The notes under the pieces were generated by a model. The model had not been told where the DNA came from. It searched no databases and saw nothing but the letters and a program-made list of their open reading frames with translations. This document shows, one piece after another, positions 53,491 through 64,000 of a DNA stretch of 64,000 nucleotides. The number at the start of each line of letters is the position of its first letter. Position 1 is the first letter of the stretch. Position numbers and translations under genes: made by a program. This DNA comes from Methanocaldococcus sp. 16A (GTDB lineage Archaea; AGJL01; Methanococci; Methanococcales; Methanocaldococcaceae), in assembly GCA_049860595.1 (NCBI GenBank), contig CP187551.1. The stretch is one strand, 5' to 3'.

Positions 53491-54106
53491 AATGGCTAAA
53501 GAAGATTTTAAGTATTTGATAAATAGAGGATATAAAAAAGATGTTGCATTAAATTTTGTTGCTAATCATTATAAGTTGAGTAGAGAAGATAGATTAAAAA
53601 TTGTTAGAACAACACACACAGATGAGGAGATAAAATTAACTAAGAGTAAATTAAAAAAGTTAAAAGATATTGAAAGAGAGACATTGTATATAGATGGTTT
53701 TAATGTTCTTATTGGTTTAGAAGCTTTGATTAAAGGACATGAAGTTGTCTTATGTGATGACAATATTTATAGAGATTTTGAAAATGTTTATGGTAAATAC
53801 AAGATAAATGAATACACTGACAAAGTAATTGAGATTTTATTAAAAATCCTTAAGCGTTATAATATAAAAGTTGTTATTTATTTAGATGCACAGGTATCTA
53901 AAAGTGGGATATTAGCTAAAAGGATTAGAGAGAAAATGAAAGCTTTTGATATTGAAGGAGAGGTTTTTTGTGTTAAAAATTGTGATTATGAGTTAAAGCA
54001 TAAGGAGGTTGTTGCAACATCAGACAGTGTAATAATTAAAAGTGAAAATGTAAAGTATGTTGTTGACTTAATAGCTGAAGCAATAGAATATTTAAAGAAA
54101 AAATAA
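53480..54106 (+). CDS. DUF434 domain (PIN-like) protein
   Basis: LINRGY, IDGFNVLI, VSKSG, VATSDSVI. Confidence 0.8.
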   Translation: MSIKMAKEDFKYLINRGYKKDVALNFVANHYKLSREDRLKIVRTTHTDEEIKLTKSKLKKLKDIERETLYIDGFNVLIGLEALIKGHEVVLCDDNIYRDFENVYGKYKINEYTDKVIEILLKILKRYNIKVVIYLDAQVSKSGILAKRIREKMKAFDIEGEVFCVKNCDYELKHKEVVATSDSVIIKSENVKYVVDLIAEAIEYLKKK

Positions 54107-54186
54107 TTTTTCTTTCATCAAAAAATTATTATAGAAGGATTTAATAAAAAGTATTATAAATCCATAAATCTCTTTTGGGGGAGATT

Positions 54187-54687
54187 ATGAAGATTGGAAT
54201 AATGAGCGATACTCACGACCATTTACCAAATATTAGAAAAGCTATAGAAATTTTTAATGAAGAAGACGTTGAGACAGTTATACACTGTGGAGATTTTGTT
54301 AGTTTATTTGTTATAAAGGAATTTGAAAACTTAAACGCAAATATCATAGCCACCTATGGAAATAACGATGGAGAGAGATGCAAATTAAAAGAATGGTTAA
54401 AAAATATAAATGAAGAGAATATAATCGATGACTTCATATCAATTGAAATTGATGGACTAAGATTTTTTATAACCCATGGTCATCATCAATCTGTTTTAGA
54501 AATGGCTATTAAATCTGGTTTGTATGATGTTGTTGTTTATGGTCATACTCATGAGAGAGTTTTTGAAGAGGTTGATGATGTTTTAGTTATAAACCCAGGA
54601 GAATGTTGTGGTTATCTCACAAATATGCCAACAATAGGTATCTTAGATACTGAAAAGAAAGAGTATAGAGAAATTGTATTAGAATAG
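54187..54687 (+). CDS. YfcE-like metallophosphodiesterase
   Basis: SDTHD, HCGD, GNND, THG, GHTH, NPG. Confidence 0.92.
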   Translation: MKIGIMSDTHDHLPNIRKAIEIFNEEDVETVIHCGDFVSLFVIKEFENLNANIIATYGNNDGERCKLKEWLKNINEENIIDDFISIEIDGLRFFITHGHHQSVLEMAIKSGLYDVVVYGHTHERVFEEVDDVLVINPGECCGYLTNMPTIGILDTEKKEYREIVLE

Positions 54688-54776
54688 GACTTTCGCAGTT
54701 TATATATTAATTAAGGAATTTATGATGATAAAAGCATCATTGTTCTTTAAAAATTTATTCTTGCGAAAGTCCCATT
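54683..54776. repeat. Family A element whose TAG is the stop codon of the upstream gene
   Basis: GAA-TAG-GACTTTCGCAG...TTGCGAAAGTCCCATT. Confidence 0.85.
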
Positions 54777-54847
54777 AGTAAAAGATTTAAATCACTTTTT
54801 ATTTTTTATTATTTACCTTAATCTTTAAAAAATAAAAAGGTGAGGTT

Positions 54848-56185
54848 ATGAAAATCTTATTGATTGGAGGAGGAGCAAGAGAAAGTGCAATAGCTCATGC
54901 TTTAAAAAAGAATGAAGATGTAAAGTTATACACATTGATGAAAAACAGAAACCCAGGAATTGCAAGATTATCAGAAGAGATAAAGTTAGCAAAAGAAACC
55001 GACTTAGAAAAAGTTAAAGAATTTGCTGAAAAAGTTAAACCAGATTTAGCTGTTATAGGCCCAGAAGCTCCTTTAGATGTTGGAGTTGTTGATTTATTAG
55101 AAGATATGGGCATCCCAGCTGTTGGCCCAAAAAAAGCAGCTGCTCAAATAGAAACAAACAAAGAATTCATGAGGAATTTATTCAAAAAATATAATATAAA
55201 AGGTTCTTTAATGTATAAAGCATTTGAAGAGTATGGAGAAGAGTTGGAAAGCTTTATTGATGAATTAACAGAGAAAGGTATAAAAGCAGTTGTTAAACCA
55301 GTTGGATTAACTGGAGGTAAAGGAGTTAAAGTAGTTGGAGAGCAGTTAAAAGATAATGAAGAGGCTAAGAAATATGCTAAAGAGATTTTTGAAACTGGAT
55401 TAGGTGGAGGAAAGGTTTTAATTGAAGAAAAATTGGAGGGAGTTGAATTCACATTACATGGATTTGTTGATATTGACAGCATAAAATTCACCCCGTTTGT
55501 TCAAGACCACCCACATGCATTAGAGGGAGATGAAGGAAGCATAACAGGAGGAATGGGCTCATATTCATGTCCTAATCACAAATTACCTTTTATGACTGAA
55601 GAGGATGTAAAATTAGCAAAAGAAATTATGGAAGAGACTGTTAAAGCATTAAAAAAAGAAGTTGGTGGCTATAAAGGAATCTTATATGGGCAGTTCATGC
55701 TAACAAAAGAAGGGCCTAAAATTATTGAATACAATGCAAGATTTGGAGACCCTGAGGCTATGAACTTATTGGCTATATTAAAAAATGACTTTGTTGATGT
55801 TTGTGAAGCTATAATTAACAAAAAACTTAACAATATAGATGTTGAATTTGAAAACAAAGCTACTGTTTGTAAGTATGTTGTTCCAAAAGGATATCCTGAC
55901 AATCCTGTTAAGGGAGAACCAATAACCGTTGATGAAGAAGCCATTAAAAAAACTGGAGCTATATTGCATTATGCATCAGTTAATGAAGAAGATGGATATT
56001 TATACATGACTGGTTCAAGGGCTGTTGCTGTAGTTGGAGTTGCTGATACAATAGAAGAAGCTGAAAAGATTGCTGAAGAGGCTACCAAGTATATTAAGGG
56101 AGAGGTCTATCATAGAAGTGATATTGGTAAGAAGGAGTTAATTAAGAAGAGAATAGATAAGATGAAACAATTAAGAGGATTTTAA
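54848..56185 (+). CDS. purD: Phosphoribosylamine-glycine ligase
   Basis: [28 protein letters not shown]. Confidence 0.97.
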   Translation: MKILLIGGGARESAIAHALKKNEDVKLYTLMKNRNPGIARLSEEIKLAKETDLEKVKEFAEKVKPDLAVIGPEAPLDVGVVDLLEDMGIPAVGPKKAAAQIETNKEFMRNLFKKYNIKGSLMYKAFEEYGEELESFIDELTEKGIKAVVKPVGLTGGKGVKVVGEQLKDNEEAKKYAKEIFETGLGGGKVLIEEKLEGVEFTLHGFVDIDSIKFTPFVQDHPHALEGDEGSITGGMGSYSCPNHKLPFMTEEDVKLAKEIMEETVKALKKEVGGYKGILYGQFMLTKEGPKIIEYNARFGDPEAMNLLAILKNDFVDVCEAIINKKLNNIDVEFENKATVCKYVVPKGYPDNPVKGEPITVDEEAIKKTGAILHYASVNEEDGYLYMTGSRAVAVVGVADTIEEAEKIAEEATKYIKGEVYHRSDIGKKELIKKRIDKMKQLRGF

Positions 56186-56287
56186 ATAGGACTTTTGCAG
56201 GGGTAAATATTTAAAAGGTATTTTTGATGCCTTTGGCATCAATGTTTTCTTTATTGAATGAATTATATAATGTGCAAAAGTCCTATT
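56185..56287. repeat. Family A element between purD and hsdR
   Basis: AATAGGACTTTTGCA/TGCAAAAGTCCTATT; central TTGATGCC-TTT-GGCATCAA. Confidence 0.88.
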
Positions 56288-56291
56288 TAAT

Positions 56292-58775
56292 TTAATTTTC
56301 TAATTTAATTATTTTTGAATAGATTCTGTTATCATATATCCAATCCTTAATTTTATCCATAAAGTTTGGGATATTCTTTGTTCCTATTTTTTCTTTTAAT
56401 TTATTTAAGGCACCTTTTTTCTTCATATCTTCTGTTAATAATACCTTTGGAGATATGTTCTCTATACCTCCTCTTTTATACTTTTCAAGCATTGAAAGAA
56501 CTATATCTCTAATGTCTTCCCCATATTTACTTATTTTATAAAGATGCTTATTTATGAAGTAATTTACCCTATCATTTCTTGTCAATAATGGGGCATCGAA
56601 TACGAGATGAGCAATAATATCGAAACTATCCGCATCATCCATGTTTTCAAGTTCTTTTATAAACTCTATATCAATATTTTTCTTTTTGAGTTTGTTTAAA
56701 AACTCCTTTCTTTTTTTATCATTTACCCAAACATTTTTTAAGTCTTCTAATGTGTGAATCTCTTTTATAATATTATCTCTTGCATATTTTTTATATTCTG
56801 CAAATGATATATTATTTCCATCAAGTTCAATCTCTATCTCTTCTGCAATTTCAACAGGAATTCCCTTTACTGTTATTTTTCTTGGTTTTCTCTTTACAGG
56901 TTTTATTTCAAATATATAATATTCATCATCATTTTTATTGTTTGGATTTACTTTTCTTTTTAGTGGAGTGTAGTTATCTTTTGAAATAATTAAATTTAAT
57001 AATGGATTTGATGGCAATTCTTTTAATTCAAAGTATCCATATTTATCTGTATATGTTTCTTTTTCAAATCTTCCAATTCTTATTTTTACTCTTGCATCAA
57101 ATACTGGTTCTTTTGTTTCCTTGTCAATTACATAACCCTTTATCACTTTATCATAAGGTTCTTTTGGAATCTCTTCAACCTTCAATTTAGGTGGTTTTGG
57201 AATGTCCCATTCGTCTATTAACCTTGTGGCATTTGTAAAATCAATTATCCTAAAGAATCCTTTATTATTTGATAATCTTGAACCTCTTCCAATAATTTGT
57301 TTAAAAAGAACTCTTGAACTTATATACCTCATAAAAACAATGTTTTTAACATGTGGAATGTCTATTCCAGTTGATAATAAATCTACTGTTGTTGCCACTA
57401 ATGGATACTTCCTTTCACTGTCTCTAAATTTTTCTAAGTCATCTTTATCCTCATAAACTATTTTTGTTGCAAATTCTTCATTGTTCGTGAGTTCATTTAA
57501 AATATCTTTTACCATCTCTGCATGCTCAGTATCTACGCAAAATATTATTGTTTTTGATTCATCTCCAGTTTTTTTAAGAATATCTAATAGTTTTTCACAC
57601 ATCCTTTTTGTCCTATCAGGTAGGCAAATTTTTCTTTCAAATTCAGAAGGTAGGTAAATATCCTTTAAATCTTCTGGTTGTATTTCATCATCATAAATTA
57701 TCTCTTCTGCCTGGGAAATATTTACTCCTTCAATATCCACATTTGTTAAGATTTTGTATATTTTATAGGGAACGAGATAACCGTCTTCTATCGCCTGTGC
57801 CATTGAGTATTCAAATACTGGCTCTCCAAAGTATTCATAAACATCAATATTATCTTCCCTTCTTGGTGTAGCAGTCATTCCCAAATGGTATGCATCTTTA
57901 AAATGCTCTACTATCTCCCCCCATCTTCCATATCTTGACCTGTGGCACTCGTCTATAATGATTAAATCAAAAAAATCATTAGGTATTTGTTTATAAAAAT
58001 CATCGGTGTAGAGGGTTTGATATGTAGCAAAGTAAATTTGTCTATTCTTATTAAAATTTTTGGAAATTATTTTAAATCTTGCACCTTTAAATGGCTCATA
58101 GGCATCATACGCTTGGTCCCTCAAAAATACCCTATCTGTTAAAAATAAAACCCTTGAAATAAATCCGCTTTTTATTAACTTCCAAACAATTTGAAAGGAT
58201 GTGAAGGTTTTTCCAGTTCCTGTTGCCATTGTTAATAAGATTCTTTTTTGTCCTTTTAGCATTGCCTCTATAACTCTTCTTATTGCAGTTTCTTGATAAC
58301 TTCTTAATTTTTTATTTGGGTCTAAATAGTAGGGATATTCTAATGGAGATAAGTTTTTGTTTTCTAAACCTTTCCACTCTTTGTATATTTGGTAGAGTTC
58401 TTCTGGAGATAGAAAGTTATCAACCCTTTCAGTTTTTGGGATTCTTCTATCGTAAATTATTATTTCCCTTCCATTTGTTGCATAGGCAATTGGGACATCT
58501 AATCTTTTTGCATAGTCTATTGCTTGGGAAAGCCCCTTCTCTGCAGGAAGGTCTTCCTTTTTTACTTCTATAACTCCAACTATAACATTATTAACTTTTA
58601 AAACAATGTCTGCAAATTTATTTGGTGATTCTATTATTTCGTATCCCTCCCCCTTTACATAAAATCTGTCGTTTTTTATTTTGTATTCTCTAATTATATT
58701 CTCTTCTTTCCATCCCACCTGTTCTAATTTTGGAACGACTAATTTTTCTCTTGTGTCTGCCTCACTTAATGACAT
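56292..58775 (-). CDS. hsdR: Type I restriction subunit R (EcoAI/EcoEI-like)
   Basis: SEADTR, AD..IEVK..QAxxY nuclease, ATGTGKT, DECHR, TAT, QIIGRGSR. Confidence 0.94.
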   Translation of the reverse strand: MSLSEADTREKLVVPKLEQVGWKEENIIREYKIKNDRFYVKGEGYEIIESPNKFADIVLKVNNVIVGVIEVKKEDLPAEKGLSQAIDYAKRLDVPIAYATNGREIIIYDRRIPKTERVDNFLSPEELYQIYKEWKGLENKNLSPLEYPYYLDPNKKLRSYQETAIRRVIEAMLKGQKRILLTMATGTGKTFTSFQIVWKLIKSGFISRVLFLTDRVFLRDQAYDAYEPFKGARFKIISKNFNKNRQIYFATYQTLYTDDFYKQIPNDFFDLIIIDECHRSRYGRWGEIVEHFKDAYHLGMTATPRREDNIDVYEYFGEPVFEYSMAQAIEDGYLVPYKIYKILTNVDIEGVNISQAEEIIYDDEIQPEDLKDIYLPSEFERKICLPDRTKRMCEKLLDILKKTGDESKTIIFCVDTEHAEMVKDILNELTNNEEFATKIVYEDKDDLEKFRDSERKYPLVATTVDLLSTGIDIPHVKNIVFMRYISSRVLFKQIIGRGSRLSNNKGFFRIIDFTNATRLIDEWDIPKPPKLKVEEIPKEPYDKVIKGYVIDKETKEPVFDARVKIRIGRFEKETYTDKYGYFELKELPSNPLLNLIISKDNYTPLKRKVNPNNKNDDEYYIFEIKPVKRKPRKITVKGIPVEIAEEIEIELDGNNISFAEYKKYARDNIIKEIHTLEDLKNVWVNDKKRKEFLNKLKKKNIDIEFIKELENMDDADSFDIIAHLVFDAPLLTRNDRVNYFINKHLYKISKYGEDIRDIVLSMLEKYKRGGIENISPKVLLTEDMKKKGALNKLKEKIGTKNIPNFMDKIKDWIYDNRIYSKIIKLEN

Positions 58776-58789
58776 ATTATCCCCCATAT

Positions 58790-58963
58790 TTAAGATAAAA
58801 TCCTTTTTATAGCGTTCCAAACTAAATAGCTTTGTGGTTTTAAAGTACCTTCAATTAGATTTAGGAATAAAATATTCTTTTTAACTAAATACATATAAAC
58901 AGGCGTAGGAATTTCTTTTTTTGGGATTTCATATTTATTTTTAAATAACTTTAAAGTATCAAT
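58790..58963 (-). pseudogene. C-terminal remnant of an MJ-type archaeal ATPase
   Basis: Translates IDTLKLFKNKYEIP...YLVKKNILFLNLIEGTLKPQSYLVWNAIKRILS*, aligning with the C-terminus of the 22473-23486 ATPase. Confidence 0.8.
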
Positions 58964-58968
58964 TTTTT

Positions 58969-59316
58969 CTATTCTTCGAGTTCTTTTAAAATTTTCTCGA
59001 ATTCTTTTTTTAAAATAGGTATTTCATATTTTGCAGTTTCCCAAACAATAGCATAATCTACACCAAAGTATTGGTGAATTAATTTATCTCTCATTCCTGC
59101 CAGCTCTTTAAATGGAATATGGGGATATTTCTCCCTTAATTCAAAAGGAAGATTTTTAACAGATTCGCCTATAACCTCTAAACATCTAACTACGGCATAT
59201 TTTATTGCTTTATTATTTAAAAAGTCTTCATAATCCATATCTTTGGTAAAATTTATTATATCGTCCATGTGTTCTAAAATGTCATACAAAAATGCTTTAG
59301 AATCTCTTTTAGACAT
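58969..59316 (-). CDS. HepT-like (DUF86) HEPN RNase toxin
   Basis: IGE motif and GMRDKLIHQY (Rx4HxY). Confidence 0.92.
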   Translation of the reverse strand: MSKRDSKAFLYDILEHMDDIINFTKDMDYEDFLNNKAIKYAVVRCLEVIGESVKNLPFELREKYPHIPFKELAGMRDKLIHQYFGVDYAIVWETAKYEIPILKKEFEKILKELEE

Positions 59317-59329
59317 TTTAATCCCTAAT

Positions 59330-59626
59330 TTAAATATATATTAAATCTTTCTCAATAGATTTTTTTAAATATGGATTATGTATTGAATTTTTAGTTATTA
59401 CATCAACTTTAATTCCAAATAACTCTGACAAATAATTTTCCAACTCAATTAATTTCAATAAACTTATAGGCTCGTAGTAATCAATTAATATATCAATATC
59501 TGATGTTTCTTTCTGCTCCCCTCTTGCATAACTTCCAAATATGGCAATAGATTTAATTTTATATTTTTCCTTTAGTTCTTTTTTATGTTCTAATAAGATT
59601 TTTTTTATTTCATTTAAAGTTTTCAT
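59330..59626 (-). CDS. Minimal nucleotidyltransferase (MntA-like antitoxin)
   Basis: FGSYARG...SDIDIL. Confidence 0.93.
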   Translation of the reverse strand: MKTLNEIKKILLEHKKELKEKYKIKSIAIFGSYARGEQKETSDIDILIDYYEPISLLKLIELENYLSELFGIKVDVITKNSIHNPYLKKSIEKDLIYI

Positions 59627-59699
59627 ACTATCCCCTTAGATTTCTCACTATACAATATTATATGTTGCTAAGCATATAAAATTTTAGTTAATATAATTT

Positions 59700-61004
59700 T
59701 TAAACTAATTCTCCCCTAAATACTTTATTTAGAATACTCTCTTTTAATTCTTTGAATAAATTTAATTGTTTTTCTTGTAGTTGTTCTAATTGTTTAATTT
59801 TCTCACTTAAATTGTCTAAATAGTTTGCTATCTGTTTTTGTTTCTCTAAATCTGGTTTATTATCTTTGTATGGGATTGGGATTTTTTCATTACTCAAAAA
59901 CATTTTGTATTTAAAATTTCTTATATTTGTCGATGCTTTTTCATATTTCGAAGTAATTCCGCTTAAATATAAAAATTGCCATTGGTAGTATAGATACTTA
60001 GGATAATAAAGATTTTTATTAAATACTAATTTTCTTACAAAATTACTAAAACCAATCTTTTGATTTTTTGGAACGTTAGGAATTAAACAAATTCTTCCTG
60101 TAGGTTGATTTTTACTACCTCCTGATATTTCAATAATTAAATCATCTTTTTCTAATAATATTTTCTTTGCTTTACTTGATTTTATGTATCTAATTGGTAA
60201 ATCGTCTATTTTATTTTCTTCTATTTTTTTAAAATCCGTTCCTCGAATAATATACATCTTTTCATTAAATTTTTCATCATTTAAATCTTTTCCCCAATCT
60301 CCGCCTATAGTATCTGTAAAAACATCACCCAATATAACCCATTTCCACCCTTCCCCTTCCTCCGCCTCTTTAAAAATCTTATTTAAAACTGAATTAAATA
60401 ACTCTTTTGTTTCATTTATTGCTTTTTGTCTTAATTCTATTGCTTTATCTATTTCATTGAAGATTTTTTCAATCTTTTCAACGATTTGTTTTTGTTTCTC
60501 TAAATCTGGTTTTCCGTCTTTAAATGGAATTGGGATTAAAAGGTTTTTTAGAATTTTGACAGAAACAAGATTTTTTATTGTGCATCCTTTGGAATACTTA
60601 TTTTTTACCCTATCAATAATATGCCCAAATGCAAACATAAAATACCTCTTATTTATTTTGTTCTCATCTATCCTAATTCTTATTAATGCTTGATTTATAA
60701 TTCCAATTGGGGCATACTCTGGAACTTCTTTTATAACCCCCATTGTTCCAGCAGAAGTTAATAAAAAATCTCCTGGTTTTACAACATATTTACTAAACTC
60801 TTTAAATTTCTTCTCTGTTAAGAAATACCTAAAATTTTTAAATTCCCCATTTATAACATTTCCTTGTTCATAAACGGGATACCCTCTATTTACAAAAATT
60901 TCCTTTTTTATTTGACTTCCCCAAGGTCCTCTTTGGATACCTTCGGATTTTAATAACAGGTCTTCCAATCTAACCCATTTCCAGCCCTCTGGCAACTCAT
61001 ACAT
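59700..61004 (-). CDS. hsdS: Type I specificity subunit S
   Basis: Two TRDs bounded by repeated EGWKWVxL and IPIPxKDxKPDLEKQKQI. Confidence 0.94.
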   Translation of the reverse strand: MYELPEGWKWVRLEDLLLKSEGIQRGPWGSQIKKEIFVNRGYPVYEQGNVINGEFKNFRYFLTEKKFKEFSKYVVKPGDFLLTSAGTMGVIKEVPEYAPIGIINQALIRIRIDENKINKRYFMFAFGHIIDRVKNKYSKGCTIKNLVSVKILKNLLIPIPFKDGKPDLEKQKQIVEKIEKIFNEIDKAIELRQKAINETKELFNSVLNKIFKEAEEGEGWKWVILGDVFTDTIGGDWGKDLNDEKFNEKMYIIRGTDFKKIEENKIDDLPIRYIKSSKAKKILLEKDDLIIEISGGSKNQPTGRICLIPNVPKNQKIGFSNFVRKLVFNKNLYYPKYLYYQWQFLYLSGITSKYEKASTNIRNFKYKMFLSNEKIPIPYKDNKPDLEKQKQIANYLDNLSEKIKQLEQLQEKQLNLFKELKESILNKVFRGELV

Positions 61005-61014
61005 AATAACCCCC

Positions 61015-62521
61015 CTACAACATACTTTTAATTTCCTTTATAATTTCCCCAATCTTTAAATCAACCTCTTCAATTTCCTTTAAAATCTCTTCTGGTTCTC
61101 TATACTCAATCTCTTCTTTTTTATTTGGATTTTTTGGAGTTAAGTCATAATCCCTCTTTTTAATTTCTTCAATGGAGACAATCCAACTATTTTCTGAAAT
61201 TTCTCTATTTTTAAACTTCTTTAAAGCGTCTTCAAAGTGCTTATCTTTAATTCTATTTTTCTTAGTAAATTTACCTTCTAATTCATAATACCAAATCTCT
61301 TTTGTTGGCTGTCCTGTTTTTTCAAAAAACACAATATTAGTTTTAACCCCTGCACCCATTGAACTAAAAACACCCTGCGGTAAAGAAATAATAGCATAAA
61401 CATTAAATTTCTCTAACAACTCCTTTCTAATTTCCTTAAACTTCCCTCCACCAAACATTATTTGCCCTTCTGGTAAAATAACAGCCGCTCTTCCCCCATC
61501 CTTTAATTTTCTCATTATATATTGCAAAGCCAATGCTTCTGTTGCTTGAACTGGATATGGAAAGTTATTTTGAACAATTTTATTTTCCTTTCCTCCAAAT
61601 GGTGGATTTGTCATAATTATATCATATTTTTCATGTTCAGGGACGTTATGAACATCTTCCATTAATGAATTTCTTCTATAGTAGTTTGGTGTTAAAATGC
61701 CGTGCAGTATCATGTTCATAGTTCCCAATAAATAAGGCAGTGGCTTTTTCTCATGCCCATAAAATGTTTCCCTCTGTAAAATCTCTTCCTCTTGAACAGT
61801 AATCTTATCCCCCAACTCATTTTTAATATACTTATATGCCTCAACTAAGAATCCTGCAGAGCCACCAAACGGGTCGAAAATCTTCTCTCCAATTTTTGGC
61901 TTTATAATCTTAACTATGAATCTTATAACAGGTCTTGGTGTATAAAACTCCCCACTCCATCCTGCCTCACTACCCATATTAAAAAGCAACTCTTCATATA
62001 GTTGAGATAAAACTTGAGTATCCTCAAAATTTCTTGGGTCAATCTTATCTATCTTTTCAATAACATCCAGCAAATTATATGGTGATTTCATTTTATTCCC
62101 TGAAATCTCCATAAATATTTGAGCAACCTTCTCCCTCTCTGGTGTTCCACTCAAATTCCTCAAATATGGAAAGAGAATGTTATTTATAATAATGTATTAT
62201 AGCATTTTCTGGTTTATCTATCTTCTTAAATTCTTCATCAACATCATCAACAAACTCCTTTAAACATTCTTTCGGCTTTCCTATCCAATCCTTTCTTGCC
62301 CAATTACTCCACCTGTATTTTTTGTCTATCACTGGGATATACTCCTCCCCGTTCAAAATTGCAATCTCTTCCAACTCCTCCTCAACTCCTTCAAATACCT
62401 TTAAAAATAGAAGCCATGACAACTGCTCTATATAATCAACAGCACCAGAAGTTCCATCATCTCTCCTTAAAATATCACATGCTGATTTTATTTCACTCTT
62501 TATTAAAGATTCTCTCTTCAT
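61015..62521 (-). pseudogene. hsdM: Type I methyltransferase subunit M, split by a 1-nt insertion near 62190
   Basis: N-terminal ACDILRRDDG...YIEQLSWLLFLK and C-terminal GEFYTPR, DPFGGSAGFL, NPPF lie in different frames. Confidence 0.88.
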
Positions 62522-62574
62522 TTTATCCCCCTAAGAAACTCTGCTTTATGGTGAAGAGCAATATACATCTATAA

Positions 62575-63024
62575 CTACTCATAAAAAAATTTTCTTAGGC
62601 ATATTAAGTTTGTAAATTTCCAACCTCTGGATTTGTAAAATTCAAGTGCTTTTTTGTTATCTTTATCTGCAAGTAAAGACAATCTTAACAAACCATTTTC
62701 TTTACAATATCTTTCTGCCTCAGATAAAAGTTTGCTTCCAATGCCTTTTCCTCTAAACTTCTCATCAACCACCAAATCTTCCAAAATACCCACTTTTCCC
62801 CCTTCAGCTGTAGAAATTAAAGTTTGGATAGAACACATTCCAACTACTTTACCATTATATCTTGCAACAAAAATTACAGAATTTTTGCTGTTTAATAATA
62901 ATTCTAAGCCTTTTCTTTGTTTATCATAATTTGAGATGAAGTCCTTTTCTATTTCAAAAAGTTGCTTTAATAAATTAATCATATCATCAATGTCTTCTTT
63001 TTTTGCAGTGTCTATTGTTATCAT
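62575..63024 (-). CDS. GNAT acetyltransferase
   Basis: VVDEKFRGKGIGSKL, NKKALEFYKSRGW. Confidence 0.9.
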   Translation of the reverse strand: MITIDTAKKEDIDDMINLLKQLFEIEKDFISNYDKQRKGLELLLNSKNSVIFVARYNGKVVGMCSIQTLISTAEGGKVGILEDLVVDEKFRGKGIGSKLLSEAERYCKENGLLRLSLLADKDNKKALEFYKSRGWKFTNLICLRKFFYE

Positions 63025-63120
63025 TATTTTCACCAAAAAATTAAATTTATAAAATTTATTATTTAAATTAAAAAAACATCAACTATGAGTATTTATTCTC
63101 AATCTATTTTATTCACTAAA

Positions 63121-63855
63121 TTATGCCATAATAATTTCTTTATACATTAAATAACAAATCAAAACCCCAGAAATCACTGAAGAGCTTAAAATCATCCACA
63201 TAATGATGATTTGTATTTCTGCAGCATATAACGGATTTGCTCCACTCAATAACATCCCTACCATCGCTCCTGGGATAAAGATAACTCCAACAGATTTTGT
63301 TCTATTCATTTGGGGAATTATTGCTGATTTTACTGCATTTTTTATAAATGGTTTTAAAGCTTCTATTTCAGAAGCCCCTAAAGCTAAATATCCCCACAAA
63401 ACATCCCTCTCAGATTTGACTAAATCTATTATTTTATCCAGTGCTAAATGGATAGTGTTCATTGTATTTCCAATAACCATCCCCATTAATGGAATTACAT
63501 AAATTGGTTCAAATTTTATAACCTTTGGAATTATTAATATTGCTAATGAAACTATGGTAGTAGTTAAAAATGTAATAAATAAGCAAATAAAGAGTTTTGT
63601 TTTATTTTCTAAGTTAATTTCTCTCATAATTAAATATGATGCTAAAATAATCATTACAGAAATCATTAAAAATGCTCCAATCATTCCATATGAAAAAATA
63701 TATAGTAGAACAAATCCCAAAATTAAGAGCTGGATTAAAGCTAAAATTGACACATAGAGTATTTTTTTCTCAATGCCCAACCTCTCCTTGTAAGCAATAA
63801 GAACTGCAACAATAACAAATATAAAAGCATAAGTAAGTTCTATCAATAACATCAC
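63121..63855 (-). CDS. UPF0014/FetB-like ABC permease
   Basis: [27 protein letters not shown]. Confidence 0.85.
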   Translation of the reverse strand: MMLLIELTYAFIFVIVAVLIAYKERLGIEKKILYVSILALIQLLILGFVLLYIFSYGMIGAFLMISVMIILASYLIMREINLENKTKLFICLFITFLTTTIVSLAILIIPKVIKFEPIYVIPLMGMVIGNTMNTIHLALDKIIDLVKSERDVLWGYLALGASEIEALKPFIKNAVKSAIIPQMNRTKSVGVIFIPGAMVGMLLSGANPLYAAEIQIIIMWMILSSSVISGVLICYLMYKEIIMA

Positions 63856-63919
63856 CTCATTTTTATAATCAAATTTTATTAAATTTCGTATAATATATAA
63901 AATTATTTATGTGATTCTT

Positions 63920-64000
63920 ATGGAGTGGGAAATAACATTTGAAGGAATAACTTATGAATGCATAAATTGTGCTTACTGTTGTTCATGTGAGAAATGGAGA
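63920..64000 (+). CDS. YkgJ-like cysteine-cluster protein, 5' partial
   Basis: MEWEITFEGITYECINCAYCC; runs off the window. Confidence 0.7.
   Translation, partial: MEWEITFEGITYECINCAYCCSCEKWR

Overview
AT-rich chromosomal window from a hyperthermophilic methanogen, very likely Methanocaldococcus. Gene content and order resemble M. jannaschii as recalled, and the tRNA-Tyr looks like the well-known Mj tRNA-Tyr. Housekeeping genes include dcd, argG, wecC, dapB, Rnl3 RNA ligase, hisF, mptD, nadA, ADH synthase, top6A, ftsZ-secE-spt5-rpl11, purB, cbiC, thiI, a histone and purD. There are eight tRNAs and a 5S rRNA. A type I-B CRISPR-Cas locus runs cas6-cas8b-cas7-cas5-cas3-cas4-cas1, followed by an oppositely oriented cas2 and a 46-repeat array transcribed on the minus strand. 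A defence islet carries a type I R-M system (frameshifted hsdM) and an MNT-HepT pair. Intergenic DNA holds three families of palindromic MITE-like repeats. Most notable unannotated signals: a hidden in-frame Cas11 start inside cas8b, a zinc ribbon inserted in Cas5, a single-hairpin H/ACA guide RNA candidate, a spacer that translates to a Cas7-like motif, twin covarying hairpins with a shared loop, a diverged duplicate of the purB 3' end, an Ig-like insert in HsdR, and a remnant ATPase gene inside the R-M locus. All calls were made by eye; no database searches were run. Where a CDS start differs from the ORF track it was chosen from an upstream Shine-Dalgarno.
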